From Gemmatimonadota bacterium (GTDB lineage Bacteria > Gemmatimonadota > Gemmatimonadetes > Palauibacterales > Palauibacteraceae), in contig DATHRZ010000102.1 in NCBI GenBank assembly GCA_035464655.1, positions 18,894 to 82,893 on the forward strand: 64,000 nt of DNA, given 5' to 3'. Below the pieces are notes generated by a model, which was not told the origin of the DNA, did not search any database, and saw only the letters and a program-made list of their open reading frames with translations. Below, in pieces: positions 33,682 through 46,175 of the stretch; position 1 is the first letter of the stretch, and each line of letters starts with the position of its first letter. The position numbers and the translations under genes were made by a program.

Positions 33682-34634
33682 GTGAAGCGGTCGCCCGCCG
33701 CCACGCCCCGACCGCTTATCCAGGCCGTGGCCTCCATCCGGGCCGACCCGGCCGGCTTCACCTCGCCGACGTCGAGCAGCCCACGCCCCGTCGCCACTAC
33801 CAGGCCGTCCTTCGGGTCGGCGCGCACGACGGTTCCGGGGGCCGGCGCCGGCGCGTCGGCGTCTTCGGTCTGCAGGTCGTCTTCGGCCATCGTCGGCGAA
33901 AACATCTGTACGGGCGTCCCGTCCAGCATCGTCCAGGCGGCAGGCCAGGGATCGCAACCGCGAATCCAGCGATCGAGCTCTTCGGCCGGCCGGGCCCAGT
34001 CGAGCCGGGCCGTCTCGCGGTCGAGCTTCGGCGCGTAGGTGGCCCGCTCGTGATCCTGGTCGACCTCGGGCAGCGTACCGGCCTCCATCTGCGCCAGCGC
34101 CTCGACGAGGGCGGCCGCCCCCATCTCCGAGAGCTGCTGACCGAGCTGGCCCGCCGTGACGTCGGGCGGGAAGCGTGACTCGACACGATACAGGATCGGT
34201 CCCGCGTCGAGCTCGGGCACGATCCGCATCACGGTCACCCCGCTGCGGTCGTGCCCGCGAATGATCGCCCAGTTCACCGGCCCCGCGCCGCGCAAGGCGG
34301 GCAGCAGCGACGCGTGAACGTTGATCGAGCCGAGATGCGGCAAATTCACCACCCGTTCCGAGAGGATCGCCCCGTAGGCGACCACGACGGAGAGGTCGGG
34401 CTCGAGCGCGGCGAGCCGCTCGAGGAACTCGGGCGCGTCCGGGTCGTCGGGCTGCAGGACCTCGATGCCCTCGCTCTCCGCCTCGAGCTTTACCGGCGAG
34501 GCGCGGAGGCGACGGCCACGACCGGCCGGTCGATCGGGACGGGTCACGACGGCGACGACGAGGTGGCCTTCCTCCTGGAGCGCTCGCAGCGAGGGCACGG
34601 CGAACTCGGGCGTGCCCCAGAACACGATCCTCAC
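33678..34634 (-). CDS. fmt: methionyl-tRNA formyltransferase
   Basis: (M)RIVFWGTPEFAVPSL and HASLLP motifs. GTG start at 34634, which overlaps the def stop in a GTGA junction. Confidence 0.9.
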   Translation of the reverse strand: MRIVFWGTPEFAVPSLRALQEEGHLVVAVVTRPDRPAGRGRRLRASPVKLEAESEGIEVLQPDDPDAPEFLERLAALEPDLSVVVAYGAILSERVVNLPHLGSINVHASLLPALRGAGPVNWAIIRGHDRSGVTVMRIVPELDAGPILYRVESRFPPDVTAGQLGQQLSEMGAAALVEALAQMEAGTLPEVDQDHERATYAPKLDRETARLDWARPAEELDRWIRGCDPWPAAWTMLDGTPVQMFSPTMAEDDLQTEDADAPAPAPGTVVRADPKDGLVVATGRGLLDVGEVKPAGSARMEATAWISGRGVAAGDRFT

Positions 34635-35149
34635 GAGCGGGCCCTGGGCGCCTCGGTCTGCCGCGTCCACTTCTTGAGGAGCATCTTGCGCTTGAGCGGG
34701 CTGACGCGGTCGACGAACAGCACGCCGTCGAGGTGATCGCGCTCGTGCTGCAGGCAGCGGCTGAGCAGTCCGTCGGCCTCGATGCGCACCGGTTCGCCCT
34801 CGCGGTCGAGCCCCTCTACCACGACGCGGGCCGACCGTTCAACGATCTCGGTGAGGCCGGGGATGCTCAGGCAGCCCTCCGACTCCCGTACCGAGCCCTC
34901 GGCCTCGACGATGCGCGGGTTGATCAGCGCCCCGGGCTCGATCTCGGGATCCTGCACGTCGTACACGAACACGCGCAGCGGAACGCCGACCTGGGGCGCG
35001 GCGAGGCCGATGCCTTCCTCGGCGTACATCGTGTCCGTGAGGTCGTCGATCAGCATCCGCACCTCGTCGTCGACCTCCTCTACGTCGCGGCAGTCCTCCC
35101 GCAGGGCGGGGTCACCGAAATAACGCAGGGCCCGAACCGCCATCGTCAC
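34631..35149 (-). CDS. def: peptide deformylase
   Basis: GIGLAAPQVG, EGCLS, HERDHLDG motifs. Confidence 0.9.
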   Translation of the reverse strand: MTMAVRALRYFGDPALREDCRDVEEVDDEVRMLIDDLTDTMYAEEGIGLAAPQVGVPLRVFVYDVQDPEIEPGALINPRIVEAEGSVRESEGCLSIPGLTEIVERSARVVVEGLDREGEPVRIEADGLLSRCLQHERDHLDGVLFVDRVSPLKRKMLLKKWTRQTEAPRARS

Positions 35150-35454
35150 TCCTTGCCGGACAGACGCTGACCGACCTTCGCCCGGTCGACCACCAGCCGC
35201 GTGTCCTTGTCGGTCTTGATCGTCACGCGATCGTCGGTCAGGTGGATGATCTCTCCGACGATTCCCCCGACCGTCACGACCTCGTCGCCCCGGGACAGCG
35301 TCTTCACCATCTCCTGGTGCGCCTGCTGCTGCTTCTTCTGAGGCCGGATGAGCAGGAAGTAGAAAATCGCGAACAGCCCCCCGAACAGCACGATCGTGCT
35401 CAGCGGGTTGGGGCCCGCGGGTGCGCCCTGCGCCTGCAACGCCAGCATCAGCAT
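35146..35454 (-). CDS. yajC: preprotein translocase subunit YajC
   Basis: Single TM plus GDEVVTVGGIVGEI motif. ATGA junction with def. Confidence 0.85.
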   Translation of the reverse strand: MLMLALQAQGAPAGPNPLSTIVLFGGLFAIFYFLLIRPQKKQQQAHQEMVKTLSRGDEVVTVGGIVGEIIHLTDDRVTIKTDKDTRLVVDRAKVGQRLSGKE

Positions 35455-35487
35455 GGAAGTCCTCGACAGTTCCGGGTCATTTGTTCG

Positions 35488-37692
<2,205 letters not shown>

Positions 37693-37706
<14 letters not shown>

Positions 37707-38733
37707 CGAACAGGGTCGGCTGCGGGGCGCCGGCGGGCAGCTCGTAGCCGAACCGCCGGTAAGCGCGAGCGCTGGCGACCCGACCGCGCGTGGTGCGCTG
37801 CAGGTAGCCGTTCTGAATCAGGTACGGCTCGTACACCTCTTCGAGCGTCGACGCGTCTTCGCCCACCGCCACGGCCAGCGAGGTCAGCCCGACGGGCCCC
37901 CCGTCGAAGTTCTCGATGATCGCCTTGAGAATTCGGGCGTCCATCTCGTCGAGCCCGTACTCGTCGACGTTCAGCATCTCGAGCGCCGCGCGGGCGACCT
38001 CGCCGTCGATCGTCCCCGACGCCTTAACCTCGGCATAGTCGCGCACACGCCGCAGCAGGCGGTTCGCGATGCGCGGCGTGCCGCGCGAGCGGCTCGCGAT
38101 CTCGGCGGCCCCCTCGGGCGTGGTCGGCACGCCGAGGATACCGGCCGAGCGATCGACGATCCTCACGAGCTCGTCGGTGGGGTAGTAGCCGAGCCGCTCG
38201 ACCACCCCGAACCGGGCCCGCATCGGCGCCGTCAGCAGTCCGAACCGGGTCGTCGCGCCGATCAGCGTGAAGCGTTCGATCTTCATCGACACCGTCTGGG
38301 CCCGCGCGCCCTCCGACAGCCGGATCTCGATCCGGTAATCCTCCATGGCGGGGTACAGGTACTCTTCGATCACGGGACGCAGGCGATGAATCTCGTCGAT
38401 GAACAGGATGTCGCGCCGCTCGAGGTTCGTGAGCAGGGCGGCCAGATCGCCCGGCTTTTCGAGCACCGGCCCCGAGGTGATCTTGATGTCCACTCCGAGC
38501 TCCTGCGCCATCAGGAAGGCGAGCGTCGTCTTGCCGAGCCCCGGTGGACCGAAGAACAGGGTGTGGTCGAGCGCTTCTTCGCGCTGCAGGGCCGCGCGGA
38601 TATAGATGTCGAGCGATTCCTTCACCTTCTCCTGGCCCACGAACTCGTCGAGGCTGGCGGGGCGCAGCGTCAGATCGATCGACGTCTCGCCGCCCAGTGC
38701 CCGTGGCGTGGTGATTTCGGTTCGCTCGCTCAT
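37693..38733 (-). CDS. ruvB: Holliday junction branch-migration helicase RuvB
   Basis: [18 protein letters not shown], winged-helix C-domain. Confidence 0.95.
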
Positions 38734-38748
38734 GGCCCGTTCTTGCGT

Positions 38749-39336
38749 CTAGAGGTGTCGCAGGGCGGCACGGATCAGCTCCTCGGTGCCCGCCTTCTCG
38801 CCCGACAGCTCGCGACGCGCCGCCGTGAGGGCATTCTCGCTCTCGCGCGCCGAGTATCCGAGCGCGCGCAGCGCGACGAGCGCGCCACCGTCGGACCGCG
38901 CATGGGCGCCGTCGGCCGTCGCGGCGCCGAGGTCGTCGAGCTTGTCGGCCAGCTCGAGGGCGATGCGCTCGGCCGTCTTCCGCCCGATCCCGCTCACCAT
39001 CTGCAGCGCCTGGTGGTCGCGCTCGCGGATCGCCGAGACGATCCGGCCGGCAGGGAGCGTGCCCAGGATCGCCAGCGCGAGCCGCGGTCCGACGCCGCTG
39101 GCGCTCTGCAGCCGCAGGAACAGCTCGCGGTCGCGCCCCGAGGCAAAGCCGAACAGCTCCAGAGCGTCCTCGCGGGCCACCAGGGCGGCGTGCAGCTCGA
39201 CCTCGTCGCCGGCCTCGCCCACCGAACCGAACACGCCGGCCGGCACGAGTAGCTCGTAGGTGACGCCCGAATCGGTCGTCAGCTCGACGCGGTTCGGGCG
39301 CACCGACGCGATCACACCGCGGACGCGGCTGATCAA
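38749..39336 (-). CDS. ruvA: Holliday junction DNA-binding protein RuvA
   Basis: (M)ISRVRGVIASV N-terminus, HhH motifs. TTG start at 39336, forming a TTGA junction with the ruvC stop. Confidence 0.9.
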   Translation of the reverse strand: MISRVRGVIASVRPNRVELTTDSGVTYELLVPAGVFGSVGEAGDEVELHAALVAREDALELFGFASGRDRELFLRLQSASGVGPRLALAILGTLPAGRIVSAIRERDHQALQMVSGIGRKTAERIALELADKLDDLGAATADGAHARSDGGALVALRALGYSARESENALTAARRELSGEKAGTEELIRAALRHL

Positions 39337-39833
39337 AGCGCGGCCCGGCGCTCGGCGACGGCGCCGGTGCCCGTCAGCAGGTGGCAGAGCGCCACGGCGC
39401 AACCGTCGGCCGCGTCCGCGGGTGCCGGCGTTTCGGCCAGCTCGAGCAGCTTCTGCACCATGTAGCCGACCTGGTCCTTCGTGGCGCGCCCGCTTCCGAC
39501 CACGGAGTTCTTGATCTCGGCCGGCGGGTATTCGAGCACGGGCAACCCCCGCAGCGCCCCGGCGAGCATGGCCGCCCCTCGAGCGTGCGCGAGGATCACG
39601 GCCGTCCGGGCGTTCTTGCGGTAGAACACCCCCTCGACGGCCAGGCAGTCGGGCGCGTGGCGCTCGATCACATCGAGCACGCCCTCGTGAATCGCGGCGA
39701 GCCGTACCGACAGGGCTTCGTCGGCCGACGTGCGCACGACACCGCATTCGAGCAGTCTGTAGCTTCGGCCCCGCGCCTCGACGATGCCGTACCCCGTCGC
39801 CGCCGTGCCCGGATCGATCCCCAGGACCCGCAT
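39333..39833 (-). CDS. ruvC: crossover junction endodeoxyribonuclease RuvC
   Basis: MRVLGIDPGTAATGYGIV catalytic Asp region. Confidence 0.9.
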   Translation of the reverse strand: MRVLGIDPGTAATGYGIVEARGRSYRLLECGVVRTSADEALSVRLAAIHEGVLDVIERHAPDCLAVEGVFYRKNARTAVILAHARGAAMLAGALRGLPVLEYPPAEIKNSVVGSGRATKDQVGYMVQKLLELAETPAPADAADGCAVALCHLLTGTGAVAERRAAL

Positions 39834-39876
39834 CAGGAGCCGCGGATCGCTCGGCCGAACGGCGCCGTGCTCCCCG

Positions 39877-40629
39877 TCATTCTGCCCCCAGCGTCTCGAG
39901 CACCGCGTCGTCGACCTCGAAGTTCGTGAACAGGTTCATCACGTCGTCGTGATCTTCGATCGCGCCCACCAGGCGCAGCAGCCGGGCCGCATCGGCGTCG
40001 GCCACCGGAATCGTCGTGGACGGGATCATCGCGAGCTCCGCCCGCTCGACCTGGATGCCGTGCTTCTCGAGCGCGTCCTGCACGGCGTGGAACGACTGTA
40101 CGGGTGTGGAGACGACGTGCGCGCCGTCCTCGGTCTCGAGATCCTCGGCCCCGGCGCCGAGGACCGCGTCGAGCAGGCTCACCTCGTCGTAGCGCCGGGC
40201 GTCGACGTAAATCTGTCCCTTTCGCTCGAACATCCATGCCACCGAGCCGGCGGTTCCGAGGTTGCCGCCCGCCTTGTCGATCAGGTGCCGCAGCTCGGCC
40301 ACCGTACGGTTCGTGTTGTCCGTCACGCACTCGATGTAGAGGGCGGCGCCACCGGGACCGTAGCCCTCGTACACGGCCTCTTCGTAGGCCATGCCCGGCA
40401 GATCGCCGGTGCCCCGCTTGATCGCCCGGTCGATGTTGACGGCCGGCATGTTCTCGGCCTTGGCCGCGTCGATCGCCGTGCGTAGCCGGGGATTGAAGTC
40501 GGGGTCACCCCCGCCCTCGCGCGCCGCGACCGCGATCTCGCGCCCGAGCTTGCTGAACAGCCGACCCTTCGCCTTGTCGTCGGCGGCCTTCTGCCGCTTG
40601 ATCTTCGACCACTTGCTGTGTCCGGCCAT
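39877..40629 (-). CDS. yebC: YebC/PmpR family transcriptional regulator
   Basis: MAGHSKWSKIKRQKAADDKAKG N-terminus. ATG at 40629; TAATG junction with the upstream EF-G paralogue. Confidence 0.9.
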   Translation of the reverse strand: MAGHSKWSKIKRQKAADDKAKGRLFSKLGREIAVAAREGGGDPDFNPRLRTAIDAAKAENMPAVNIDRAIKRGTGDLPGMAYEEAVYEGYGPGGAALYIECVTDNTNRTVAELRHLIDKAGGNLGTAGSVAWMFERKGQIYVDARRYDEVSLLDAVLGAGAEDLETEDGAHVVSTPVQSFHAVQDALEKHGIQVERAELAMIPSTTIPVADADAARLLRLVGAIEDHDDVMNLFTNFEVDDAVLETLGAE

Positions 40630-42698
40630 TATCCCTCGTCGCTCGCGATGATTTTCTTCGTCACGTCCTGCGGTACGGGCTCGTAGCCCGACATCTCCCG
40701 CGTGTGGTGCCCTTTGCCGTGCGTCAACGAACGCAGCGCGGCGGAGTACTTGTACAACTCGGCCAGCGGAACGTGCGCCTTGACCTCCTGCCAGTGCCCA
40801 TCGGCGTCGATCCCCAGGATGCGCCCCCGCCGCTGGTTGAGGTCGCCGATCACGTCGCCCATGTAGTCGCCGGGCGTGCGAACGGTGACCGTGACGATCG
40901 GCTCGAGCAGGATGGGCCCTGCCTGTTTCGCCACCTTCTGCAGGGCGAGCGAGCCGGCCACCTTGAACGCCTGCTCCGAGCTGTCGACCGAGTGGTAGGA
41001 ACCGTCGTAGCATTCGGCGGAAAACCCGACCAGCGGATACCCGGCCACGATACCACGCCGGGCGGCCTCGCGAATCCCCTTGTCGACGGCCGGCACGTAC
41101 TTCCCGGGTATCGCCCCACCGACGATGGAGTCGATGAACTCGTACCCGTCGCCGTTGCCGAACGGCTTGAGGCGGATCCAGCAGTCGCCGTACTGTCCGC
41201 GACCGCCGCTCTGCTTCTTGTACCGCCCCTGTCCCTCGGCGGTGCGGGTGATCGTCTCGCGGTACGGGACCTTCGGACGCTCCGTCTCGACCCTGACACC
41301 GAACTTTCGGGCCAGTTTCTCGAGCGCCACGGTCAGGTGCACCTCGCCGAGACCGCGGGCGATCGTCTGCTGCAACTCGGGGTCGTACGCGGCGACGAAG
41401 GTCGGATCTTCTTCGTGCAGGCGGTTGAGCCCGTTGGCCAGTTTGTCCTCGTCGCCCCGCGAAGCGACGCGCAGGGCGATCGCGATGTCGGGACTCGGAA
41501 AATCGATGCCCTCGAGCACCAGTTTCCGGCCCTGGGCGCACAGCGTGTCGCCCGTGTGGGTGTCCTTCAGCTTCGCGACGACCCCGATGTCGCCGGCGTG
41601 GAGCCGGCCCACGTCCTGCCGGTCTGCCGCGTCGGGGATGCCGAGGTGCGACAGACGTTCGCTGACACCGTGCTTCGGGTTCTCGACCGTCTGACCGCTG
41701 GTGACGCTGCCCGAGAACACGCGGAAGTAGCTGAGTTCGCCGACGCGCGGCTCCTGCGTCGTCTTGAACACGAGCGCCGTGAACGGGGCGTCGTCCTCGG
41801 CCGGCAGCTCGACCGGCTCGCCGTTCGAGTCCGCCAGCTCGGCCGGGACGTCGACCGGGGACGGCAACAGCTCTACGAGCTTGTTCATCACGGCGCGGAC
41901 GCCGTTGGCCGACTCCGCCGAGCCGCAGAACACCGGGAAGAGCTCGCCGCGCCGCATTCCGGTCGACATCGCCTCGATCACGCGCTCGCGGTCGAGCTCC
42001 TCGCCCTCGAGGTACGCCTCGAGGAGCTCGTCGTCCGTCGTCGCGATCGTCTCGATCAGCTGCTCACGCCAGCGGGCGACGACGTCGAGCAACTCCTCGG
42101 GAATGTCGGTCTCGTCGTACTCGCCACGACCGCTCCCCTTGTAAATATGCGCCTTGTTGGAGAACAGGTTGACGATGCCGCGATACGACGGGCCCGAACC
42201 GATCGGGATTTCGACCGGAATCGCCTCGCCCGCCAGGCCCTTCCTGATCTGCTCGAACGTCTTCTCGAACGACGCGTTGTCGCGGTCCATCATGCCGACG
42301 AACAACATGCGCGGGATCCCGCGCTCCGAGGCCGCCGACCAGACACGCTCGGTACCGACCTCGACGCCGTCGGTCGCGCTCACCACGACCAGCGCGCCGT
42401 CGGCGACGCGCACGGCTGCCGTCACCTCGCCGAAGAAATCGAGATAGCCGGGCGTGTCGATCAGGTTGAGCTTGGTGCCCATCCATCCGGCTCGCGCGAC
42501 GGCGAGATTGATCGAGATGCCGTGGGTCGTCTCTTCGTCGGTGTAGTCGGTGTGGGCGGTGCCGCTCTCGATGGAGCCGCGGCGGGTGGTCGTTCCCGCG
42601 ATGTAGCAGATCGCGTCGACCAGGGTCGTCTTGCCGCTGCCTCCGTGACCGAGCAGCGCGACGTTGCGGATGTTCGATGTGGCATATTCGGAAGTCAT
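40629..42698 (-). CDS. elongation factor G paralogue (EF-G-like GTPase)
   Basis: G-domain (HGGSGKTTL, DTPG, NKxD region) plus EF-G domains II-V. Divergent from canonical fusA (AHIDAGKTT replaced by GHGGSGKTT). Confidence 0.8.
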   Translation of the reverse strand: MTSEYATSNIRNVALLGHGGSGKTTLVDAICYIAGTTTRRGSIESGTAHTDYTDEETTHGISINLAVARAGWMGTKLNLIDTPGYLDFFGEVTAAVRVADGALVVVSATDGVEVGTERVWSAASERGIPRMLFVGMMDRDNASFEKTFEQIRKGLAGEAIPVEIPIGSGPSYRGIVNLFSNKAHIYKGSGRGEYDETDIPEELLDVVARWREQLIETIATTDDELLEAYLEGEELDRERVIEAMSTGMRRGELFPVFCGSAESANGVRAVMNKLVELLPSPVDVPAELADSNGEPVELPAEDDAPFTALVFKTTQEPRVGELSYFRVFSGSVTSGQTVENPKHGVSERLSHLGIPDAADRQDVGRLHAGDIGVVAKLKDTHTGDTLCAQGRKLVLEGIDFPSPDIAIALRVASRGDEDKLANGLNRLHEEDPTFVAAYDPELQQTIARGLGEVHLTVALEKLARKFGVRVETERPKVPYRETITRTAEGQGRYKKQSGGRGQYGDCWIRLKPFGNGDGYEFIDSIVGGAIPGKYVPAVDKGIREAARRGIVAGYPLVGFSAECYDGSYHSVDSSEQAFKVAGSLALQKVAKQAGPILLEPIVTVTVRTPGDYMGDVIGDLNQRRGRILGIDADGHWQEVKAHVPLAELYKYSAALRSLTHGKGHHTREMSGYEPVPQDVTKKIIASDEG

Positions 42699-42813
42699 CC
42701 CGCGTCACCTCCTTTCGTCCGGGGTCGATGACCCGTCCCCGCATCGGGACGGGCAGGAATGATAGACGGCAGATGGTCGGATCGAAAGCCGATCGCCCGG
42801 CGGCGCGGGCGCT

Positions 42814-43716
42814 TCAGGCCCGTCCGTCGGGCCGTGAGCGGTAGTCACGGCTCATCTGGTCGAGAAAGGCCTGTTCGTCGGCACTGAGAGCGTCGATTCC
42901 CTGCTCGCGGATCTTGTCGAGAATCCGGTCCACCTCGTCGAGGTCGTCGCCTGCGGGACGGCCACGGCGTCGGGAACCCGGCTCACGGTGCACCGGACGG
43001 GGGGCGGTCCCGCGGCGCGTGCGGCGCCGCAGGGCGCGGAACCGGGCCGCCAGCCCGGCGCCGAACTGCAGGTAGACGACCCCGGTCACGAGGCCCCCGA
43101 GATGCGCCCAGTGCGCGACGCTCCCGCCGCCGGCCTGCATGGTCGCCAGCAGCGCAAACAGTCCGAGCACGCCGACCATCCACTTGGCCTTCACGGGCAG
43201 AACTCCCCAGATGTAAATCGGAGCGTCCGGCCACTTCCAGGCGAAAGCGAGCATCACGCCGAACACCGCGCCCGAGGCGCCGATCACGCGCGGCGTGCCG
43301 ATCAAACCGATCAGCAGCACGGCCGTGAGCGCGGCGCCTACACCGCAGATCAGGTAGTAGCGGATGAACGCCGTGCCGCCCATCTCGCGTTCCAGCGGCG
43401 GGCCGAAGAAGAACACGCCCACCATGTTGAACAGCACGTGCATGAAGCCGCCGTGCACGAACATGTACGTGAGGGGCGACCAGGGGCGGGTGAGGACGGT
43501 GGCGACCGAGAACCCGAACAGGTCGGACGCGAGGCGCGCCGGCAGGATGCCGAGCGCCATCACGAGCCATACGGCGAAGTTGACGGCCAGGAGGCGCCTC
43601 ACCCACGGCGTCAGGTGCCCGGCGAACGGCCCGCCACCGAAGCCGCCGCGGCCGCCCCAGCCACCCCCACCGCCCCGGCCCGTTCGCTCGTCGTATCTCC
43701 GATCGGCCAGGCCCAT
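42814..43716 (-). CDS. rhomboid family intramembrane serine protease
   Basis: Gly-rich N-terminus, six TM helices, GASGAVFG catalytic Ser and conserved His in a late TM segment. Confidence 0.8.
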   Translation of the reverse strand: MGLADRRYDERTGRGGGGGWGGRGGFGGGPFAGHLTPWVRRLLAVNFAVWLVMALGILPARLASDLFGFSVATVLTRPWSPLTYMFVHGGFMHVLFNMVGVFFFGPPLEREMGGTAFIRYYLICGVGAALTAVLLIGLIGTPRVIGASGAVFGVMLAFAWKWPDAPIYIWGVLPVKAKWMVGVLGLFALLATMQAGGGSVAHWAHLGGLVTGVVYLQFGAGLAARFRALRRRTRRGTAPRPVHREPGSRRRGRPAGDDLDEVDRILDKIREQGIDALSADEQAFLDQMSRDYRSRPDGRA

Positions 43717-43718
43717 GC

Positions 43719-44768
43719 TCAGGATCCCGGGGCCGCGCTCGAGCCGCTACCGGCCCGCCGGCGGCACGCCCCCGTCGCGAGCCGCTCGCACAGGTCGGGA
43801 AACGGGATCCCCGCCGCACCGGCAGCCTTCGGAACGAGGCTCGTGGCCGTCATGCCCGGCAGGCTGTTCGCCTCGAGGCACCAGAAGGAACCGTCGGGGT
43901 GACGGCGGAAGTCGATCCGGCTGAGCGATTCCTGGCGCAACGCCTCGAAAGCGCGAACCGCGAGGCGCTCCAGCTCGGCCGTCTCGTCGGGGGCGAGCTC
44001 GGCGGGAACGACGTAGCGCGACCGGCCGGGCGTGTACTTCGACTCGTAGTCGTAGATGTCCCCGTCCGGAATGATCTCCACCACCGGCAGCGCCTCGCCG
44101 TCGAGCACGGTCACGGTCAGCTCGCGCCCGGGTACGAACGCCTCGCACAGGACGTCGGCATCGTAGCGCGCGGCCAGTTCGAGGGCCCCCGGGAGCTCGG
44201 CGGCCGAGCGAACGACCGTGAGCCCGACGGTCGAGCCCCCGCCGGCCGGTTTTACGACGAGCGGCAGCCCGAGGACCTCGACCAGGTCGGCCGGCACGGT
44301 ACCGGGAGGCGTCCACGCCGGGGTCGGCACGTCGGCCCACGCGAGCAGCTCCTTCGAGACCCGCTTGTCGAAGGCGATGGCACTCCCCAGCACCCCCGAC
44401 CCGGTATACGGCAGGCCGGCCACGTCGAGCAGCGCCTGAACCCGGCCGTTCTCGCCGTCGCCGCCATGCAGCGCGAGAAACACGACGTCGGCCTCGCGCA
44501 GCGCCGGCAGCTCGGCGAGCGACGCGCCGAGCGCGATCCGCCCCATCTCGCGGAGCTCGTCGAGCGACGGCGGAGCGAGCCCGACTTCGCCGCCCAGGTA
44601 GCGGGCTTCGTCGTCGGGCGGAATCGCGCCGTACGCCGGATCGACGGGCACCACCATGTGGCCGCGGCTGCGCAGGGCCTCGACGATCGCACGGCCCGAG
44701 GCCAGCGACACCCGTCGCTCCTCGCTCGTACCGCCAAGCAGGACGGCGATCGTCAGGGGGTCGTTCAC
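43719..44768 (-). CDS. ddl: D-alanine--D-alanine ligase
   Basis: ATP-grasp fold; VFLALHGGDGENG, LVVKPAGGGSTVG motifs. GTG start overlaps the upstream stop in a GTGA junction. Confidence 0.9.
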   Translation of the reverse strand: MNDPLTIAVLLGGTSEERRVSLASGRAIVEALRSRGHMVVPVDPAYGAIPPDDEARYLGGEVGLAPPSLDELREMGRIALGASLAELPALREADVVFLALHGGDGENGRVQALLDVAGLPYTGSGVLGSAIAFDKRVSKELLAWADVPTPAWTPPGTVPADLVEVLGLPLVVKPAGGGSTVGLTVVRSAAELPGALELAARYDADVLCEAFVPGRELTVTVLDGEALPVVEIIPDGDIYDYESKYTPGRSRYVVPAELAPDETAELERLAVRAFEALRQESLSRIDFRRHPDGSFWCLEANSLPGMTATSLVPKAAGAAGIPFPDLCERLATGACRRRAGSGSSAAPGS

Positions 44769-45751
44769 AGGAATCCGTTCTCCTCCATCCAGGCGTCGTC
44801 GTACAGCTTCGACAGGTAGCGTTCGCCGGTGTCGCAGAACAGCGCGACGACGCAGGCGTCCGGATCGTCGGCCTCGGCGGCCACCTCGAGGGCCACGCTG
44901 ACGATCAGGCCGGTCGAACCGCCGGCCAGCATGCCTTCTTCGCGCGTGATCCGGCGCGCCATGCGAAACGCCGTCCCGTCGTCCACCGTGCGGAACTCGT
45001 CGACCACGTCGATGTCGAGGGTGCCGGGAATCTTGTCGTTGCCCACGCCCTCGACCTTGTAGCGCTCGCCCTCGATCAGCTCGCCCGTACGCTTGTAGTG
45101 CGCGTAGATCGAGCCGAGCGGATCGGCGCCGATCACACGCACCCCTGGATTGCGGCCCTTCAGGTAGCGACCGGCCCCGGTGATCGTCCCGCCCGGGCCG
45201 GCCGACGCGATGAAATGGGTCACCGCGCCCCCGGTCTGCTCCCAGATCTCGGGTCCCGTGGTCGTCTCGTGCGCCGCCGGATTCGCCGGGTTGTAGGACT
45301 CGTCGGCCAGGACGGCGCCGGCGCGCTCGTCGGCGATTCGGCGGGCCACCGTTCCGTAGTGCTCCGGATGATCGGGCGGGACGGTGGGAACGACCACGAC
45401 CTCGGCTCCGTAGGCGCGCAGCAGCTGGATCTTCTCGTCGCTCATCTTGTCGGGCACCGTGAACACGCAGTCGTAGCCGCGCACGGCGGCCACCATGGCG
45501 AGGGCGAGTCCCGTGTTGCCCGCCGTGCCCTCGACGATCGTCCCGCCGGGACTCAGCGTCCCGTCGCGCTCGGCGGCGTCGACGATCGCGGTGCCGATCC
45601 GGTCCTTCACCGAGCCGGCCGGATTCAACGACTCGAGTTTCAGGTAGACCGGGGTGCGGAGCCCCTCGGTCAGCCGCCGCAGCCGGACGAGCGGGGTCCA
45701 GCCGATCGTTTCGAGAACGTTGTCGTAGGGGCGGCTATGGGGTGTCGGCAT
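44765..45751 (-). CDS. cysteine synthase / cystathionine beta-synthase family PLP enzyme
   Basis: LESLNPAGSVKDRIG (PLP Lys) and GTAGNTGLALA motifs. Confidence 0.85.
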   Translation of the reverse strand: MPTPHSRPYDNVLETIGWTPLVRLRRLTEGLRTPVYLKLESLNPAGSVKDRIGTAIVDAAERDGTLSPGGTIVEGTAGNTGLALAMVAAVRGYDCVFTVPDKMSDEKIQLLRAYGAEVVVVPTVPPDHPEHYGTVARRIADERAGAVLADESYNPANPAAHETTTGPEIWEQTGGAVTHFIASAGPGGTITGAGRYLKGRNPGVRVIGADPLGSIYAHYKRTGELIEGERYKVEGVGNDKIPGTLDIDVVDEFRTVDDGTAFRMARRITREEGMLAGGSTGLIVSVALEVAAEADDPDACVVALFCDTGERYLSKLYDDAWMEENGFL

Positions 45752-46175
45752 GCGGCGTATCCGCTTCCTGTTCAGGGATCGGGAAGACGACCGGAAGGCG
45801 GCCCCAGACCTGAACCGGGGTGCCGCCCTGGGCCGCCGGCCTGTAGCGCAGGCGGCGAGCGTTGGCGAGTGCCGCGGAATCGAGCGACGGATGTCCGCTG
45901 GACCCGATCACGACGACCGAGTCCACCGTACCGCGGCGCGAGATCAGCAACCGCAGCACCGTGGTGCCGCCCACGCCCTCCTCCCAGGCGTCGGGCGGAT
46001 ACTCGAACGCGCGGCCCTCGTCGATCCGCACGGGCGGGCGGAGCGGCGCATCGTCGACGCCCAGTTGAAGACCGCCCACGGCGCGCGGGGTGTCGGCGCA
46101 GCCCGCGCCCGCGAGTGCGAACACCAGCACGAAGGCGAGCGTCGGCAGGGACGCCGTCCGGCACGCGCCGTTCAT
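45735..46175 (-). CDS. secreted protein with TonB C-terminal-like domain
   Basis: Signal peptide (LPTLAFVLVFALAGAGCA) and C-terminal region (YPPDAWEEGVGGTTVLRLLISRRGTVDSVVVIGSSGHPSLDSAALANARRLRYRPA) resembling the TonB-C/energy-transducer fold. Confidence 0.5.
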   Translation of the reverse strand: MNGACRTASLPTLAFVLVFALAGAGCADTPRAVGGLQLGVDDAPLRPPVRIDEGRAFEYPPDAWEEGVGGTTVLRLLISRRGTVDSVVVIGSSGHPSLDSAALANARRLRYRPAAQGGTPVQVWGRLPVVFPIPEQEADTPHADTP

